A stretch of 57,125 nt of DNA from Patescibacteria group bacterium (GTDB lineage Bacteria > Patescibacteriota > Minisyncoccia > Phycocordibacterales > PALSA-1337). Made by a program: the position numbers and the translations under genes. The notes below the pieces were generated by a model. The model was given only the letters and a program-made list of their open reading frames with translations, was not told the DNA's origin and did no database searches. The DNA lies in assembly GCA_018970245.1 (NCBI GenBank), contig JAGWWT010000005.1, forward strand, positions 1-57,125, in the 5' to 3' direction. How positions within the stretch are numbered: position 1 is the stretch's first letter; each line of letters starts with the position of its first letter. Below are positions 16,563 through 26,366 of the stretch, one piece after another.

Positions 16563-16571
16563 TGGTATAAT
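16563..16571 (+). promoter_or_regulatory. Extended -10 promoter element TGgTATAAT
   Basis: 'tggtataat' follows the terminator directly and lies 64 nt upstream of the ATG at 16636. Confidence 0.5.
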
Positions 16572-16635
16572 TCGGCTAAATGAGCGCGCATTCGCATCAT
16601 TCGTATGATCCGCGCATCCGTATCGTATAGCACTC

Positions 16636-18654
16636 ATGGATGAGAACCGCATAACGTATTTCGCAGAGACTGATGCCCGCAACAAACGGGTCAAATTCGG
16701 CATCAAGGCCAAGGACCGCACGCGCCACGTCTATGTCATCGGAAAGACAGGCATGGGCAAGTCCACCATGCTCGAGAACATGGCCGTCCAGGACATCCAG
16801 AACGGCGAGGGCATGGCTTTCATCGACCCTCACGGCAAGACCGCCGACCTCCTTCTCGAATACGTCCCGAAAGAGCGCATCCGCGATGTCATCTATATCG
16901 CCCCTTTCGACGTCGACTACCCGATATCGTTCAACGTGCTCGAAGCGGTGGACCGGGACAAGCGCCACCTGGTCTCGTCTGGATTGATGAGCACGTTCAA
17001 GAAGATCTGGGAGGATGCATGGTCGGCCAGAATGGAATACATCCTGACCAATACGCTCCTGGCGCTCCTCGAATATCCTGGCGCCACGCTCCTCGGAGTG
17101 AACAGGATGCTCTCTGACAAGGAGTATCGCAAGGACGTCGTCTCCAAGATCACCGATCCGTCGGTCAAGGCCTTCTGGGTCAAGGAGTTCGCCAACTACA
17201 CCGAGCGCATGGCCCAAGAAGCGGTGCCGGCGATCCAGAACAAGGTCGGCCAATTCACGGCCAATCCTCTCATCCGCAACATGATCGGCCAGCCGGTCTC
17301 GTCTTTCGATTTCAGGAAGGCGATGGATGACAGGAAGATCATCATCATCAACCTCTCGAAAGGCAAGATCGGCGATGAGAACATGAAGCTCCTCGGCGGA
17401 TTGCTCGTCACGAAGATATATCTCGCCGCCATGTCGCGCGCCGACGTCCCTGACCGGGTCATGAAGGTCTTGCCGAACTTCTATCTCTTCGTAGACGAGT
17501 TCCAGAACTTCGCCAACGCATCATTCGCGGACATCCTCTCCGAGGCCCGCAAATACAAGCTCAACCTGACGATCGCCCACCAATACATCGAGCAGATGGA
17601 CGAGATCGTCCGGCCCGCCGTATTCGGCAACGTCGGCACGATGATCACTTTCCGCATAGGCGCGAACGACGCAGAAGCCTTAGAGAAGGAATTCGCGCCG
17701 ACATTCACAATGGAAGACCTGGTCAACTTGGGTTTCACCCAGATATACCTGAAGCTGATGATAGACGGGCTTTCTTCCGCGCCATTCTCGGCGACGACTC
17801 TGCCGCCGATCCCGCATCCGGATTCGTCGTATGTCAAAGACATCATCGCCGCTTCGCGCGAGCAGTTCTCCCGTCCGCGCGCGCAAGTCGAGGAGGAGAT
17901 CGTCAAGTTCCACGAAGCGTCGCCCGCCCGACCTGCGCCTGCCAAGGGAGCTCCTGGCGCGGCCAGATCGTCCACGGCCCCTTCGGCCTCGGCCGCCATC
18001 CCTGGGGCCGCTATCTCTGGTTCGGCGCCTGCGCCCGCGCATGCTTCTGCACCCGTACCTGCGCCCGTATCCGCGTCTGTGCCTGTGCCGCAACCGCCGC
18101 ATCGCGCGGCCCGATCCGCTTCGCAATCGTCGCGGCCAGCCTCCAAGGATGTCCCGACTAAGCCGTCCGAGACCCATAAGCCATTCTTGGGATTGAAGGA
18201 CATGCTGCATCAGCTCCAGTCGAAGAAGCCGCCTGAACCAGAGCAGCCGCTGGCTGCCGCAAAGCCTGGACTAGCCGATGCTCCCGGACCGGCCACGGTT
18301 GCTGCGAAGCCCGAGCCGGCAACTCCTGGTCCGGCCGATGCTGAAACGCCTAAAGCAGTCTCGCTTTCCAGCCTTACGCCGAAAGCCGCCCAATCTAGGA
18401 CGGATTCCAAAGCGCGCACGCCGGAGAACTTGAGCCAGTTGAGGAACGCTCTAGCGTCGCTCATCAAGCCTCAAGAAAAAAGCGCCCCGCAACCCGCAGC
18501 CAATGATGTCCAGCAGCCCGCAGACAAAGACGCGCCGCGGAAAGATCCAGAGAGCGCAGCGTCCGGAGAGGCGGCCGGCGGAAAAGGGTCATCTAAGGAT
18601 GCGCCGAGGGAAGTCCCCGAAGACATCTTGAAGCGGGTGCTCAAAGTCGATTGA
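16636..18654 (+). CDS. Type IV secretion coupling-protein-like ATPase (VirD4/TraD/TraG family) with a long disordered P/A/S-rich C-terminal tail
   Basis: Walker A is 'VIGKTGMGKST' and Walker B is 'FYLFVDEFQNF'. It also has 'LTIAHQYIEQM' and 'GTMITFRIGANDA'. The last ~260 aa are low-complexity Pro/Ala/Ser. Confidence 0.8.
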   Translation: MDENRITYFAETDARNKRVKFGIKAKDRTRHVYVIGKTGMGKSTMLENMAVQDIQNGEGMAFIDPHGKTADLLLEYVPKERIRDVIYIAPFDVDYPISFNVLEAVDRDKRHLVSSGLMSTFKKIWEDAWSARMEYILTNTLLALLEYPGATLLGVNRMLSDKEYRKDVVSKITDPSVKAFWVKEFANYTERMAQEAVPAIQNKVGQFTANPLIRNMIGQPVSSFDFRKAMDDRKIIIINLSKGKIGDENMKLLGGLLVTKIYLAAMSRADVPDRVMKVLPNFYLFVDEFQNFANASFADILSEARKYKLNLTIAHQYIEQMDEIVRPAVFGNVGTMITFRIGANDAEALEKEFAPTFTMEDLVNLGFTQIYLKLMIDGLSSAPFSATTLPPIPHPDSSYVKDIIAASREQFSRPRAQVEEEIVKFHEASPARPAPAKGAPGAARSSTAPSASAAIPGAAISGSAPAPAHASAPVPAPVSASVPVPQPPHRAARSASQSSRPASKDVPTKPSETHKPFLGLKDMLHQLQSKKPPEPEQPLAAAKPGLADAPGPATVAAKPEPATPGPADAETPKAVSLSSLTPKAAQSRTDSKARTPENLSQLRNALASLIKPQEKSAPQPAANDVQQPADKDAPRKDPESAASGEAAGGKGSSKDAPREVPEDILKRVLKVD

Positions 18655-18691
18655 ACGCCCCCTCCCTCGCGTTTCCAACCGATATATAATC

Positions 18692-19972
18692 ATGTCAATG
18701 AAATTTTCTGAGCAGGAGAGAGGGGAAGGCGGCAGCCAAAAAACCGCGCCGGCATCGAGCAGCCAAAAAACCGCGCCGGCATCGAGTGGCCAAAAAACCG
18801 CACCAGCGTCGCGTACCCCCCGCCGCGTCCTCATCTTCTCTCTCGCGTATCACCCCCACCAAGTCGGCGGCGCAGAGATCGCCATAAAAGAGATCACCGA
18901 TCGCATCCCGCCGAGCGAGATCGAATTCGACATGATCACGCTCCGATTCGATCGTGGCGCGCCCGCCTTCGAGCGCGTAGGCAACATCGATGTCCACAGG
19001 ATCTGCTCCGGGTCCGCCTTCGGCAAGCTGGCGTCCCCATTCGCGGGCACGTGCAAAGCCTTGAAGCTGCTCAAAGCCAGGCGCTACGATCTCTTCTGGC
19101 CGGTGATGGTCACATTCACTAGCGGCATCCCATTCATGGCGAACATCGTCCGGCGCCTCTCCGGCAAGCCGAGGATCCCCATATTGCTCACCCTCCAGGA
19201 AGGCGATTCCGAGAGGCATCTAAAAAGAGGCCGGCTCGGCTTCATCGGCCTGTCGTGGCGATTAGCTCTGCGCCGGGCCGATCGGGTCACGGCCATAAGC
19301 CGGTACTTGAGCGATCGCGCCAAGGGTCACGGCTTCCGCGGCGAACCGGCGATCATCCCCAATGCCGTCGACCTCGGCCTCTTCACCAAGAAGCCGAACG
19401 AACGCGAGATCGAGGCCTTGAAGGGGAACATGGGCAAGAAGCACGGCGACATATTCCTGGTCACCACTTCGCGGCTCGTCGAGAAGAACGCCGTCGGCGA
19501 CATCATCGAGGCGCTCGCGTACTTGCCGGCGAACGTGAAGCTGATAGTCATAGGCAGCGGCGATTTGGAGTCGAAGCTAAGGTCGCAGGTCGCAGGTCGC
19601 GGGTTGCAGGATCGCGTCCAATTCCTAGGCTTCATCCCTCACAAGGAGCTGCCGCCGTATCTGCATATCTCGGACATCTTCGTCAGGCCGTCGCTATCGG
19701 AAGGGCTCGGCAACTCGTTCCTCGAAGCCATGGCGGCCGGCCTGCCGGTCATCGCCACGCCTGTCGGCGGCATCAAAGATTTCCTGCGCGACGGCGAGAC
19801 CGGCCTCTTTTGCGAGCCGGGCAATCCGCGATCGATCGCCCAAAAGGCCGAGAAGCTCATCAAGGACGCCGAGTCGCGGGACTATATGGTCGAGCGGGCC
19901 AGGAAGATGGTCGAGGAGAGATACGACTGGACCGGAGTGGCGGAGAAGATGCGGCGGGTCTTGGCGGCGTAG
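18692..19972 (+). CDS. Glycosyltransferase family 4 (GT-B) with a repeat-containing N-terminal extension
   Basis: It has 'VLIFSLAYHPHQVGGAE' and the EX7E motif 'SLSEGLGNSFLEAMAAGLPVIAT'. A TATAAT box at 18685-18690 suggests a leaderless start at the second ATG (18698). Confidence 0.85.
   Translation: MSMKFSEQERGEGGSQKTAPASSSQKTAPASSGQKTAPASRTPRRVLIFSLAYHPHQVGGAEIAIKEITDRIPPSEIEFDMITLRFDRGAPAFERVGNIDVHRICSGSAFGKLASPFAGTCKALKLLKARRYDLFWPVMVTFTSGIPFMANIVRRLSGKPRIPILLTLQEGDSERHLKRGRLGFIGLSWRLALRRADRVTAISRYLSDRAKGHGFRGEPAIIPNAVDLGLFTKKPNEREIEALKGNMGKKHGDIFLVTTSRLVEKNAVGDIIEALAYLPANVKLIVIGSGDLESKLRSQVAGRGLQDRVQFLGFIPHKELPPYLHISDIFVRPSLSEGLGNSFLEAMAAGLPVIATPVGGIKDFLRDGETGLFCEPGNPRSIAQKAEKLIKDAESRDYMVERARKMVEERYDWTGVAEKMRRVLAA
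18734..18814 (+). repeat. 27-bp in-frame tandem repeat x3 (SQKTAPASS units)
   Basis: Units lie at 18734-18760, 18761-18787 and 18788-18814 (agccaaaaaaccgcgccggcatcgagc). The third copy is diverged. Confidence 0.85.
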
Positions 19973-19992
19973 ATTTGTGATAGACTTTCGGG

Positions 19993-21048
19993 ATGAAGAT
20001 ATTGATCGCATCCGGCATATATCCGCCCGATATCGGAGGCCCGGCCCAGTACGCCAGGAATCTATACGAGACCTGGAAGGCCGAAGGCCACGAAGTAAAA
20101 GTGGCCGCCTATCGCTGGGAGCGAGCCGCGCCGCCATTCATAAAGCATCTCCTCTTCATGACCAAGGTCATGAGGAAAGGCTGGGACGCCGACATGATCC
20201 TCGTGCTCGACAATTTCTTGGCGGCAGTGCCGGCCATGTTCGCCTGCGCGCTCATGCGCAAGCCCTACATCATCAGGACCGGCGGCGATCTCCTCTGGGA
20301 ATGGTATGTCGAAAGGACAGGCGAGCTCATCCTCTTCAAAGATTTCTATTCCAAGAAGCGGGACTTCTCTCTCAAGGAGAAGATCATCGACTCGCTGAGC
20401 CGGAAGGCCTTCAAGCGGGCCGATGCGGTCATATTCAGCTCTGATTGGCAGAAGAAGATATGGGAGAAGGAGTACGGCCTTGATCCAAAGAAGGCGTTCA
20501 TAGTCGAGAATTTCTGCGGCGAGAGGCTGGAGCCTCTGCAGGCTGGCGCTGGGCCGGAGAACCGCTCATTCGTGGCCGGCACGCGCCCGCTCAAGTGGAA
20601 GAATGTCGAGCTCCTGAAGGATGCCTTCGCCGATGCGCGGACCATGGCTGCCAGGCGCGGCTTGGAGGATATCGAGCTCGATTGCGGCAAAGCCGTTTAT
20701 GACAGCTTCGTCGAGAAGATCCGCCGGTCGTACGCCGTCATATTGGCCTCGCTCGGAGACATCAGCCCGAACATGATATTCGATGCCATCCGCGCTGGGA
20801 CGCCTTTCATACTGACCAAAGAGACCGGCATCGCTGATCGCGTCCGAGAATGCGCCGTCTTCGTCGATCCGCAGGATAAGAAGGACATCGCCGAGAAGGT
20901 CGCCTGGATGGCCGATCCGAAGAATCGCGCCGCCCAGGCCGAGAAGGTCCGCCGGTTCGCCTGGGTCCACACATGGGGACAGATCGGCGACGAGATCATC
21001 AGCGTTTGGGAGAGGATGCACAAGCGCCCGAAAGGCCGGATCGGATGA
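19993..21048 (+). CDS. Glycosyltransferase (GT-B fold, GT4-like)
   Basis: It has 'MKILIASGIYPPDIGGPAQYARNL', a typical GT-B N-terminus, and a C-terminal Rossmann-like half. The EX7E motif is degenerate. Confidence 0.7.
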   Translation: MKILIASGIYPPDIGGPAQYARNLYETWKAEGHEVKVAAYRWERAAPPFIKHLLFMTKVMRKGWDADMILVLDNFLAAVPAMFACALMRKPYIIRTGGDLLWEWYVERTGELILFKDFYSKKRDFSLKEKIIDSLSRKAFKRADAVIFSSDWQKKIWEKEYGLDPKKAFIVENFCGERLEPLQAGAGPENRSFVAGTRPLKWKNVELLKDAFADARTMAARRGLEDIELDCGKAVYDSFVEKIRRSYAVILASLGDISPNMIFDAIRAGTPFILTKETGIADRVRECAVFVDPQDKKDIAEKVAWMADPKNRAAQAEKVRRFAWVHTWGQIGDEIISVWERMHKRPKGRIG

Positions 21049-22175
21049 AGGCCGGATCGAATGACCAAATGAAGAAGCTTTTGATGATATCGACCGATAG
21101 GAAGATCTTCGAGGAGGGGAGCGATGTCCGCGCGCGGCAGATCGAGAACGCCAGAGGATGGGATGAGGTGCATATCGTGGTGTTCGCGAAGAGGACGGGG
21201 AAGAAGAGAGAGGAAGCTCCCCCTCGGGAACCGGCCTCGCCGCCTGCTGGCGGCGGGCCTGCTGCTCGCCCTCATCGGGCTCCGCAAGCTTCCCTCGAGG
21301 GAGTTCCTCTCTCTTCTTCATGCTTCGCGAATTCCACCGATTCCGTCTCCAGATTCCTATATCCTTCCGATGCGAAGAGGCTGGGGCGGGAGCTCATAGA
21401 GAAGCACGGCATAACGGACATCACGTGCCAGGATGCGTCGCTCACCGCCATGGCCGGCGTGGCGCTCAAGGAGCGCTTCAAGCGGCGCGGCCTATCGCTC
21501 GAGATCCAGGTCCACGAAGATCTAGGCAGCCCGAATTACGGATTCACGCTCATGAATCGGCTCAGGCGGCGGCTGGCGTTCAGGAACTTGCCGAAAGCCG
21601 ATCATATCCGCGTCGTCTCGGAGAGGATAAAGGATTTCATAGTGCGGCGCTTGGCGATCGATCCGGCAAAGATCGAAGTGCGGCCGATCGCCGTCGATGC
21701 CGGATGGCTGAAGGACGCACCGGTCATTCCCGGTGCCGACCTCCGCATGAAGCATCCGCAGTTCGACAAGATCGTCCTCATGGTCGGCCGGCTCGAGCCC
21801 GAGAAGGATTTCGAATTGGCCATAGATTCCTGGCCGCTGGTCCTTAAAGCCCTGCCGAAAGCGGGGCTCGTGATCGTCGGCAGCGGCTCGCGGTTGGAGG
21901 CATTGAAGGAAAGGGCGGAGAAGGTCGGCGCTGGCGATAGCATCGCGTTCGAGGGCTGGGGCGGCAACTACCTCGCCTCTTATTACAAATCCTGCGACCT
22001 ATTCCTGGTCACATCGCTTTTCGAGGGCTACGGCATGGCCCTCAAGGAAGCGCAAGCCGCCGGCTGCCGGATCGTCTCGACCGACGTCGGCATCGCCAGG
22101 GAAGCCGGGGCTGAGATCGTCGGCTGGGATCCCAAGAGCGTGGCGGATGGAATAGTGCGTACACTTAGGGTATAG
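21045..22175 (+). CDS. Glycosyltransferase family 4 carrying a low-complexity insertion
   Basis: There is an ATGA start/stop overlap with the upstream gene. It has 'KKLLMISTDRKIFEEGS' and the EX7E motif 'SLFEGYGMALKEAQAAG'. Residues ~52-92 are a Pro/Ala/Gly-rich tract encoded by a palindromic DNA segment. Confidence 0.8.
   Translation: MKAGSNDQMKKLLMISTDRKIFEEGSDVRARQIENARGWDEVHIVVFAKRTGKKREEAPPREPASPPAGGGPAARPHRAPQASLEGVPLSSSCFANSTDSVSRFLYPSDAKRLGRELIEKHGITDITCQDASLTAMAGVALKERFKRRGLSLEIQVHEDLGSPNYGFTLMNRLRRRLAFRNLPKADHIRVVSERIKDFIVRRLAIDPAKIEVRPIAVDAGWLKDAPVIPGADLRMKHPQFDKIVLMVGRLEPEKDFELAIDSWPLVLKALPKAGLVIVGSGSRLEALKERAEKVGAGDSIAFEGWGGNYLASYYKSCDLFLVTSLFEGYGMALKEAQAAGCRIVSTDVGIAREAGAEIVGWDPKSVADGIVRTLRV
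21200..21319. repeat. 120-bp palindromic element inserted in-frame in a coding sequence
   Basis: The left arm gaagaagagagaggaagctccccctcggg (21200-21228) pairs with the right arm ccctcgagggagttcctctctcttcttc (21292-21319). The centre contains gccgcc-tgct-ggcggc. The length is a multiple of 3. Confidence 0.7.
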
Positions 22176-22177
22176 TG

Positions 22178-23125
22178 ATGGCCATGAATAGCCTGAAAGG
22201 CAAGAAGATCGTAGTCACCGGCGGCGCCGGATTCATAGGCTCCCATATCGTAGACGCTTTGCTCGAGGCAGGCTCCGAAGTCGTCGTCGTCGACGATCTT
22301 TCTACAGGCCGCATGGAGAACATCGCGCATGTCTCAGAAAGGATCCGCTTCGAGAAGCTATCGATCGTAGATACCGACAAGATGGCTCTGGTATTGAAAG
22401 GAGCGTATGCCGTCTGCCATCAAGCTGCGCTGCCTTCCGTTCCGAAATCCATAGCTAAGCCGATGGAGACGCATGAAGCGAATTCGACCGGCACGCTCTC
22501 GGTCTTCACGGCAGCCGTAAAAGCGGGCGTCGGACGCGTGGTATATGCCTCATCCAGCTCTGTCTATGGCGATACGCCGACTTTGCCTAAAATCGAAACG
22601 ATGCCTACCAAGCCCCTTTCGCCATATGCCGCCCAGAAGCTCATGGGCGAGCTCTATGGCCGGATATTCTTCAGCCTTCACGGTTTGGAGACCATCGGCC
22701 TGCGATATTTCAACGTCTTCGGTCCCAGGCAGAATCCTGATTCGGAATATGCTGCCGTCATCCCGAAATTCATAAAGCTCATGAAGCATGGAGAACGGCC
22801 ATCCATCTACGGCGACGGCGAGCAGACGCGCGATTTCACTTATGTGACCAATGTGGTCGATGCCAATCTTTGCGCTCTCCGAGCGGCCAACGGCTTCGGA
22901 GATGCTTTCAATATAGCAAGCGGCGGTCAGATCTCTCTACTTGGCCTGGTCAGATCTCTGAACAGCATATTGGGGACTTCGATAGAGCCTAAGCTCGGGG
23001 AGGCTAGGCGCGGCGACATCAAGGATAGCTTCGCCGACATCCGGAAGGCCGAAAAGGTCTTAGGATATGAGCCGAAGACAGCCTTTGAAGAAGGCTTGCG
23101 CCTGACGGCCGATGCAATCCGATGA
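22178..23125 (+). CDS. NAD-dependent epimerase/dehydratase (extended SDR, UDP-sugar 4-epimerase-like)
   Basis: It has 'VTGGAGFIGSH', 'YASSSSVYG', catalytic 'YAAQK' and 'RYFNVFGPRQ'. A GTG at 22175 overlapping the upstream stop is an alternative start. Confidence 0.85.
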   Translation: MAMNSLKGKKIVVTGGAGFIGSHIVDALLEAGSEVVVVDDLSTGRMENIAHVSERIRFEKLSIVDTDKMALVLKGAYAVCHQAALPSVPKSIAKPMETHEANSTGTLSVFTAAVKAGVGRVVYASSSSVYGDTPTLPKIETMPTKPLSPYAAQKLMGELYGRIFFSLHGLETIGLRYFNVFGPRQNPDSEYAAVIPKFIKLMKHGERPSIYGDGEQTRDFTYVTNVVDANLCALRAANGFGDAFNIASGGQISLLGLVRSLNSILGTSIEPKLGEARRGDIKDSFADIRKAEKVLGYEPKTAFEEGLRLTADAIR

Positions 23126-23178
23126 TAAAGATCATCTTCGAGGCTTACTGCAAGCTTGACCAGCGCTACAGCAGGCAC

Positions 23179-23568
23179 ATGAAGGTCCTGCGCTTCATCA
23201 TCGCGGGCGGGACGGCGGCGGTCGTAGACCTCGCCGCTCTCTTCCTGCTCACCTCGGTCGCACACGTCTGGTACCTGCTATCGGCGGTGATCGCTTTCAT
23301 TCTGGCATTCGGTGTGAGCTTCATGCTCCAGAAGTACTGGACGTTCCGGGATCGGTCGTCGGACCGCATCCATTCGCAGGCAGCCATCTACTTCATCGTG
23401 ACCGGGATCAATCTCGGGCTGAATACGCTCTTCGTCTGGCTCTTCGTCGAATACGCCGATTTCAATTATATGATCGCCCAGATCGTGACGAGCGCTCTCA
23501 TCGCTGTGGAAAGCTATTTCATCTACCAGAGATTCGTTTTCAAAGATAGAGAAGATATCGTTGGATGA
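23179..23568 (+). CDS. GtrA-family membrane protein
   Basis: It has 'RFIIAGGTAAVVDLAALFLL', 'QKYWTFRD' and four TM helices. The longer ORF starts at 23122. Confidence 0.7.
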   Translation: MKVLRFIIAGGTAAVVDLAALFLLTSVAHVWYLLSAVIAFILAFGVSFMLQKYWTFRDRSSDRIHSQAAIYFIVTGINLGLNTLFVWLFVEYADFNYMIAQIVTSALIAVESYFIYQRFVFKDREDIVG

Positions 23569-24575
23569 CATCATCTATGAAGCTTCTCATCATCACCCAA
23601 AAAGTCGACAAGAATGATCCTGGCCTAGGGTTCTTCCATCGCTGGCTCGGAGAGCTGGCCAAGAGATATGAGTCGTTAGTGGTCATCGCTCTTGGTGTAG
23701 GAGAGCACGATTTGCCGCAAAATGTCCGCGTAATATCGCTTGGGAAAGAGCTGCACCCGGCTGGGAAGCTCATATATTCTTGGCGATTCTTGCGATCGGT
23801 CTTCAAGTTCAAGAATGGATGCGATGCCGTCTTTGTCCATATGAATCAAGAATATGCCCTCCTGGGGGGCGTGTTTTGGCGGCTTTGGGGAAAGAAGATC
23901 TATCTATGGCGAAACCATCCAGACGGATCGTTCCTGACACGGATCGCCGTCGCTCTCTCCCATAAGGTTTTCTGCGTCTCTGATTTCGCTTTTGTCGGAT
24001 ATTCGCGAAAGACGGTTGTGATGCCGGCAGGAATCGATCTCGAGATGTTCAAAGACGCTGGTGCAAAGCGCGAGAAGGCGGTCTTGAGCCTCGGACGACT
24101 ATCGCCGATCAAGAAGCTCGAGATCATCGTGGCCGCTTCAGCCCTCGCTCATATACCGGTGCGTATCTACGGGAGCGCCCCTGAGCGCGATCTGGATTAT
24201 GCCGGATCCATCCGCAGATCTTTTAACGGCGCTGTCCAGCCAGGCGTGCCTTATGGCGAGACTGTCGATCTTTATAACCGATTCGAAGCCTATGTTAACG
24301 CTACGCCGACAGGAAGCTACGACAAGGCTGTTTTGGAAGCAGCGGCTTGCGGCTGCATCCCGATCGTCTCCAACCGGTCGTTCATCGGCAAGTTGCCAGA
24401 GCCGTGCCTCTTCAAGGAAGGCGATAGCGCCGACCTCGCCGCGAAGATAGATGCGTTGTTCGCACTGTCCGATGCTGAGCGCGGATCGATCAGAAGAGAG
24501 TGCGAGCGCTTCGTCGCCGATGAGCAGTCGCTAGGGATCCTGATGCAAAGATTGACCCATGAAATCGCTGATTAA
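23565..24575 (+). CDS. Glycosyltransferase (GT-B, GT4-like)
   Basis: There is an ATGA overlap with the gtrA-like stop. It has '[24 protein letters not shown]' and the C-terminal '[12 protein letters not shown]'. Confidence 0.75.
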   Translation: MTSSMKLLIITQKVDKNDPGLGFFHRWLGELAKRYESLVVIALGVGEHDLPQNVRVISLGKELHPAGKLIYSWRFLRSVFKFKNGCDAVFVHMNQEYALLGGVFWRLWGKKIYLWRNHPDGSFLTRIAVALSHKVFCVSDFAFVGYSRKTVVMPAGIDLEMFKDAGAKREKAVLSLGRLSPIKKLEIIVAASALAHIPVRIYGSAPERDLDYAGSIRRSFNGAVQPGVPYGETVDLYNRFEAYVNATPTGSYDKAVLEAAACGCIPIVSNRSFIGKLPEPCLFKEGDSADLAAKIDALFALSDAERGSIRRECERFVADEQSLGILMQRLTHEIAD

Positions 24576-25329
24576 AGATATTTTCTTCAAGGCCGTGAAT
24601 CCGCTAGCGCGCGGCTTACCCGGCTGTGCCAGCATCCTCATGTATCACTCTATCAGCGAGAACGGCGCCTTCTTCACGGTGAAGCCGCACGACTTTGAGA
24701 TGCAGATGCGATGGCTGCATGAAAGCGGATTGAAGGCAGTGAAGCTTTCCGAGCTGATCGGCAAGCTCATCGATCATGAGGACATCTCGGATCATGTAGC
24801 TGTGACATTCGACGACGGCTATGCGGACAACTTGACTGCAGCCTTGCCGATCCTCAAGAGGCACCAGATACCGGCGACCATCTTCGTGGCGACAGATTTC
24901 ATGGGCAAGAGCATGACCAATTCGGAGGGGATATCCATCGAATGCGCGACTGCCGATTCGCTTCGAGAGGCGCTATCATCAGATCTGATAGAGCTCATGC
25001 CGCACACGGCATCGCACAAGCCGCTTACGGCGTACACTGATGGCTCATGGAAGGATGATGTCACGAGATCGAAGTGCATGCTCCAGTCGCAACTCGGTTC
25101 GAAAGCGGATGTTTTCGCTTATCCGCAGGGCAAACTCTCACCAGAGCACGCTGCTTATCTGCGCGAGAGCGGCTATATAGGCGCTGTCACGGTCAAAGAA
25201 GGCCTCGTCCGGCCTGGGGACGACCTATTCCGGCTCAAAAGGAATTCCATAGATTCCGCTACGACCAGAGCTCAATTCTTGGGCAAGTTCTCGAGGACAG
25301 TGGAATGGTATGAAAGATTGAAGCTCTAG
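24559..25329 (+). CDS. Polysaccharide deacetylase (NodB homology domain)
   Basis: 'ILMYHSIS', '[12 protein letters not shown]' and 'FAYPQG' are NodB motifs. Confidence 0.8.
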   Translation: MKSLIKDIFFKAVNPLARGLPGCASILMYHSISENGAFFTVKPHDFEMQMRWLHESGLKAVKLSELIGKLIDHEDISDHVAVTFDDGYADNLTAALPILKRHQIPATIFVATDFMGKSMTNSEGISIECATADSLREALSSDLIELMPHTASHKPLTAYTDGSWKDDVTRSKCMLQSQLGSKADVFAYPQGKLSPEHAAYLRESGYIGAVTVKEGLVRPGDDLFRLKRNSIDSATTRAQFLGKFSRTVEWYERLKL

Positions 25330-26366
25330 CCGGCCCTCTGCAAGGCTTTCTCAATTGCCTTGCACACATCCTCTATCGTCACGTCGTATGTGCATCGGCG
25401 ATATGCCACGCTGTCTTCGTAGACCACGCAATCGCCGCTCTTATCGCCTTTGCAGAGGCATCGCGCATTGTTGGTTAGGACGACGCCATTGGGATTGTAG
25501 TAGGGAAGCCACATGGGATCTGTGTTGTGGCCGATGACGACGCTCTTCACGCCTTGGACGGCTGCCAGGTGCGTGATGCCGGTATCGACGCCGATATAGA
25601 GCGCTGAGCCGTAGATGACGCTCGCCACATCTAATATGGGCCGATCGACATACAAATGGATGCCGGGGATATCCTTCGAGACCTCCTTTATGAGTGCTTC
25701 GTCTTTCGTGGCGCCGGTCAGGACTAATCCGTAGGATGGGAATCTCTTTCGGATCTCGGTGAGAAGCAGATGCCATCTTTTCGGCGGGAAAGAGTAGCGC
25801 GGACGGGTGCCGAACATGTGGATCACGAAGTAAGGAGTAGTAGGGAGTAGGGAGTCAGGAGAAGAAGGCTTATTGAGGATGAGGTTCACATGCGGCGGCC
25901 GAGGCACGATCTTCTTTCCCGGCAAGAAATCTGGGATGAGGCGGCGGTAGTTGTCGATGATAGAAGACTTGAAATCGTAACTGTATGATCTGTCGAACGG
26001 CAGCCAGCCTTGCATGCCAGTCCACTCGCGGAAGCCTAGGATCAGATTGCCAGGCCGCAATGACAAAGCCCAGAAGAAGAGCTTGATCTGCAGGGAATAT
26101 GTCCTGGCCACGCCCGGAACGATCACCGTCGATCTTTTCCGCATCAGTCTGGCCATGAATGGGATCAGCCCTGCCGCGCCGGGTATTTGGACCACTTCGA
26201 CCGAAGGGTAGGCAGCTGATAGTTCCTTGATGGTCTTTGCGTTGGCGCTTGTGAGCACCTTGAATCTCATATCCGGTTCCAATCGCAGCAGATCGTCGAA
26301 GAAGGCGAGCATCAAGAGCGTGTCGCCGATCGGTCCGAAGGATATCCAAATGAGCCGCTGGTTCAT
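25326..26366 (-). CDS. Glycosyltransferase family 9 (heptosyltransferase-like)
   Basis: It has '[14 protein letters not shown]' and '[22 protein letters not shown]'. The start is at 26366, forming an ATGA overlap with the upstream gene. Confidence 0.8.
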   Translation of the reverse strand: MNQRLIWISFGPIGDTLLMLAFFDDLLRLEPDMRFKVLTSANAKTIKELSAAYPSVEVVQIPGAAGLIPFMARLMRKRSTVIVPGVARTYSLQIKLFFWALSLRPGNLILGFREWTGMQGWLPFDRSYSYDFKSSIIDNYRRLIPDFLPGKKIVPRPPHVNLILNKPSSPDSLLPTTPYFVIHMFGTRPRYSFPPKRWHLLLTEIRKRFPSYGLVLTGATKDEALIKEVSKDIPGIHLYVDRPILDVASVIYGSALYIGVDTGITHLAAVQGVKSVVIGHNTDPMWLPYYNPNGVVLTNNARCLCKGDKSGDCVVYEDSVAYRRCTYDVTIEDVCKAIEKALQRAG

